NCBI GenBank assembly: GCA_038214755.1
Contig: JBBQRQ010000084.1
Location: 1 to 21,981 of the forward strand
DNA length: 21,981 nucleotides
Origin: Verrucomicrobiota bacterium
Lineage (GTDB): Bacteria; Verrucomicrobiota; Verrucomicrobiia; Limisphaerales; CANJXF01
Direction: 5' to 3'
Of the stretch, positions 20,098 to 21,981 are shown piece by piece. The first letter of the stretch is position 1. Every line of letters starts with the position of its first letter. A program made the translations under genes and the position numbers. The notes beneath the pieces are model-generated. The model was not told the DNA's origin. It did no database searches and worked only from the letters and a program-made list of their open reading frames with translations.

Positions 20098-20996
20098 TTG
20101 GAAGAATTTTATCCGCCCTCACCCCTTCCCTCTCCCCCGGGAGAGGGAGATTATGGATTCCGCGTTCTGAAAAGTGCGGCGCGTTTCGGTTCGTTTTCGC
20201 ACTCAGAAAAACTTCCCGATACGAGAATCTCCGCGTGGATTGTCAAAATAGCGGTGAGGCCGCCACCTTTCTCCCTCTCCTCGGGGGAGAGGGCCGGGGT
20301 GAGGGCGAGCGTTTCTTTTCACTGACTAAATTGGCCCTGATTTTCGGACTGCTCCTTTGCACAAATCCACAAGCCATTCGTGCCGCGAATCCAAACGAAC
20401 TGGTTTCCAAATGGCTTCTCCAACAAACCAACATTCACACCTGGTCGGCGGACTTTGTGCAAACACGCGCGTTGAAATCGATGACGCAGCCGCTGGTTTC
20501 GACCGGACAGGTTTGGTTCGCCGCGCCCAATCGTTTTCATTGGGAGTTGGGAAATCCCGCGCAAACCATCGCAGTGCGGCAACCTGAACAAATGCTGCTG
20601 ATTTATCCCAAGCTCAAACGGGTCGAAAAATATCCGTTGAGCGGAGCCGCCTCCGGCCCGTGGCGCGACGCGCTCGGCTTGCTCGAAGCGGGATTTCCGC
20701 GCAGCCAGGCGGAAGTGGATTCGCGGTTTAACACTCAATCCATCGAGGCGAAAAATGGAGTTTGCGAGATCACGTTGCAGCCCAAATCTTCCGCCGCTCG
20801 AAAAATGATGTCGCAAATTAAAATTGCCTTCGGGACGAACGATTTTTTATTGCGCGCCACGGAATTGAAATTTGCCGACGGCTCGACGATGCGAAATGAT
20901 TTCAGCAATCCGAAGTTGAACGAAAAGTTGGATGAAAAATTATTTTCACCGGAGTTGGACTCGAGTTACAAAGTGGTTGAGCCGATGAAGAAATAG
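20094..20996 (+). CDS. LolA-like periplasmic carrier protein
   Basis: SADFVQTRALKSMTQPLVSTGQVWFAAPNRFHWELGNP motif and C-terminal F.NPKLNEKLDEKLF. ATG at 20094 is coupled to the upstream stop. The start is uncertain (alternative TTG at 20331). Confidence 0.85.
   Translation: MIGRILSALTPSLSPGRGRLWIPRSEKCGAFRFVFALRKTSRYENLRVDCQNSGEAATFLPLLGGEGRGEGERFFSLTKLALIFGLLLCTNPQAIRAANPNELVSKWLLQQTNIHTWSADFVQTRALKSMTQPLVSTGQVWFAAPNRFHWELGNPAQTIAVRQPEQMLLIYPKLKRVEKYPLSGAASGPWRDALGLLEAGFPRSQAEVDSRFNTQSIEAKNGVCEITLQPKSSAARKMMSQIKIAFGTNDFLLRATELKFADGSTMRNDFSNPKLNEKLDEKLFSPELDSSYKVVEPMKK
20114..20307. repeat. CCCTCACCCC..CCCTCTCCC-type inverted repeat element
   Basis: cgccctcaccccttccctctcccccgggagagggaga (20114-20150) and tctccctctcctcgggggagagggccggggtgagggcg (20270-20307) are near-perfect reverse complements. 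Confidence 0.88.
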
Positions 20997-21013
20997 TTGT
21001 TGTGGAGGAAACG

Positions 21014-21128
21014 GTCGCGCAGTTTTCTAATCTGCGGTATCGCAAATTTCCCAATCCGCAGACGCTGGAAGATTTCAGGCCTGCCGGTTAGAAACCGGCG
21101 ATACAGCAGGTTTGGAAACCTGCGCTAC
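21014..21128. repeat. REP-like inverted pair (GTAGCGCAGGTTTCCAAACCTGC type)
   Basis: The right arm 21081-21128 reads gtagcgcaggtttccaaacctgctgtatcgccggtttctaaccggcag on the minus strand. The left arm 21014-21061 is a degenerate copy on the plus strand. Confidence 0.8.
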
Positions 21129-21172
21129 GGTCGCAGCGGCGACGGTGGTTAAAAGAATTTGAAGTAGCTCTT

Positions 21173-21928
21173 ATGCTCGCAGCCAGTCCCGAATCATTTT
21201 TAATTTTTCTGCTCATCGCAGGCGCGTCAGCTTTTTTCAATTGGCTGAAGAAGCGCGGTGAGAAATCAAACGATTGGACTCAGGCAGAAACACCCACCGC
21301 GCCTTCTCGCCGAAATAATCCCGCGCCGCCCGTCTCGCAGCCAACGCGGACAACGACCAATTGGGAGGAAGAATTGCGCAGGATGTTGGAAGGAACTACC
21401 GCGCCCGCGCCAGTGCGGACACCGCCGCCGGTCATCGTTTCCGAAAAGAAACCCGCCGCAACTGTTTTCCACCGCACTGTGGAGACGGAACCGCCGCCGT
21501 CCATGGCTGTTCCGAAAGTTTTCACCGAAACAAAATTTTACAAAGCGCACTGCAACTATTGCGAGGGGCACATCGAGTTCCCGGCGAGCGCGATGGACAA
21601 CGTGGTCTCCTGTCCTCATTGCCATCGCCCTACCGTGTTGCGGCCCTTTGAGAACACGCCGGTGGAAGTGCTCGCGCACCAAAAAGATTTGAGTGAATTT
21701 AATTTTTCGACGCGCAAATACGAGGAAGCTTCGCAATTAAGCGAACGAGTGGCCGCGCACATGCACGAAGTGGGTCACAAAGCGGTCGGGCTGACGTCAA
21801 TCGAAACGCATCAAAAGGCCTGGCCTGAAGTGGCGCAGACCGTCGCGCTTTTTCGAAATGCGAAATCAGTTCGGCAAGCGGTGATTGCTTCATTGATTCT
21901 TGGTCCGCCGAAAGCGTTGGAGAACTGA
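21173..21928 (+). CDS. Membrane-anchored hypothetical protein with a Pro-rich linker and CxxC-x17-CxxC Zn ribbon
   Basis: N-terminal TM, WEEELRRMLE, HCNYCEGHIEFP...SCPHC and C-terminal RQAVIASLILGPPKA. Confidence 0.85.
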   Translation: MLAASPESFLIFLLIAGASAFFNWLKKRGEKSNDWTQAETPTAPSRRNNPAPPVSQPTRTTTNWEEELRRMLEGTTAPAPVRTPPPVIVSEKKPAATVFHRTVETEPPPSMAVPKVFTETKFYKAHCNYCEGHIEFPASAMDNVVSCPHCHRPTVLRPFENTPVEVLAHQKDLSEFNFSTRKYEEASQLSERVAAHMHEVGHKAVGLTSIETHQKAWPEVAQTVALFRNAKSVRQAVIASLILGPPKALEN

Positions 21929-21932
21929 CCTT

Positions 21933-21981
21933 GTAGCGGCGCGTCTGTGACCGCCGCAAATTTTAGAATGGCGGCGGTCAC
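21933..21981. repeat. REP-like inverted pair, truncated by the window end
   Basis: gtagcggcgcgtctgtgaccgccgc (21933-21957) and gcggcggtcac (21971-21981) pair over 11 bp; the element starts with GTAG. Confidence 0.75.

Noticed and set aside
14091..21981. CRISPR array or IS element interpretation of the repeats
   Set aside because: There are no regularly spaced direct repeats, no cas or transposase genes, and no clear target-site duplications.

Overview
Bacterial chromosomal window, probably Verrucomicrobiota (inferred from gene order, A-rich SD-less leaders and repeat families). The left part holds core genes on the minus strand: pgi-mnmG, then dnaK-orf-groES-groEL (groEL runs off the window edge). 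A perfect parS palindrome lies inside mnmG, suggesting the window is near the origin, and a sigma54-type -24/-12 promoter with IHF-like and UAS-like sites lies upstream of dnaK. The middle has xylA, two small convergent ORFs (one apparently frameshifted), an orphan GAF-GAF histidine kinase and a GldA/GldF/GldG-like ABC system with a DUF4340-like protein. The right part has a divergent lipid-handling operon (lipoprotein, MMPL exporter, LpxL-like acyltransferase, LolA-like carrier) and a Zn-ribbon membrane protein. From about 14 kb onward there are at least seven distinct palindromic or repeat elements. Several lie in-frame inside coding sequences (signal peptides, an MMPL loop).
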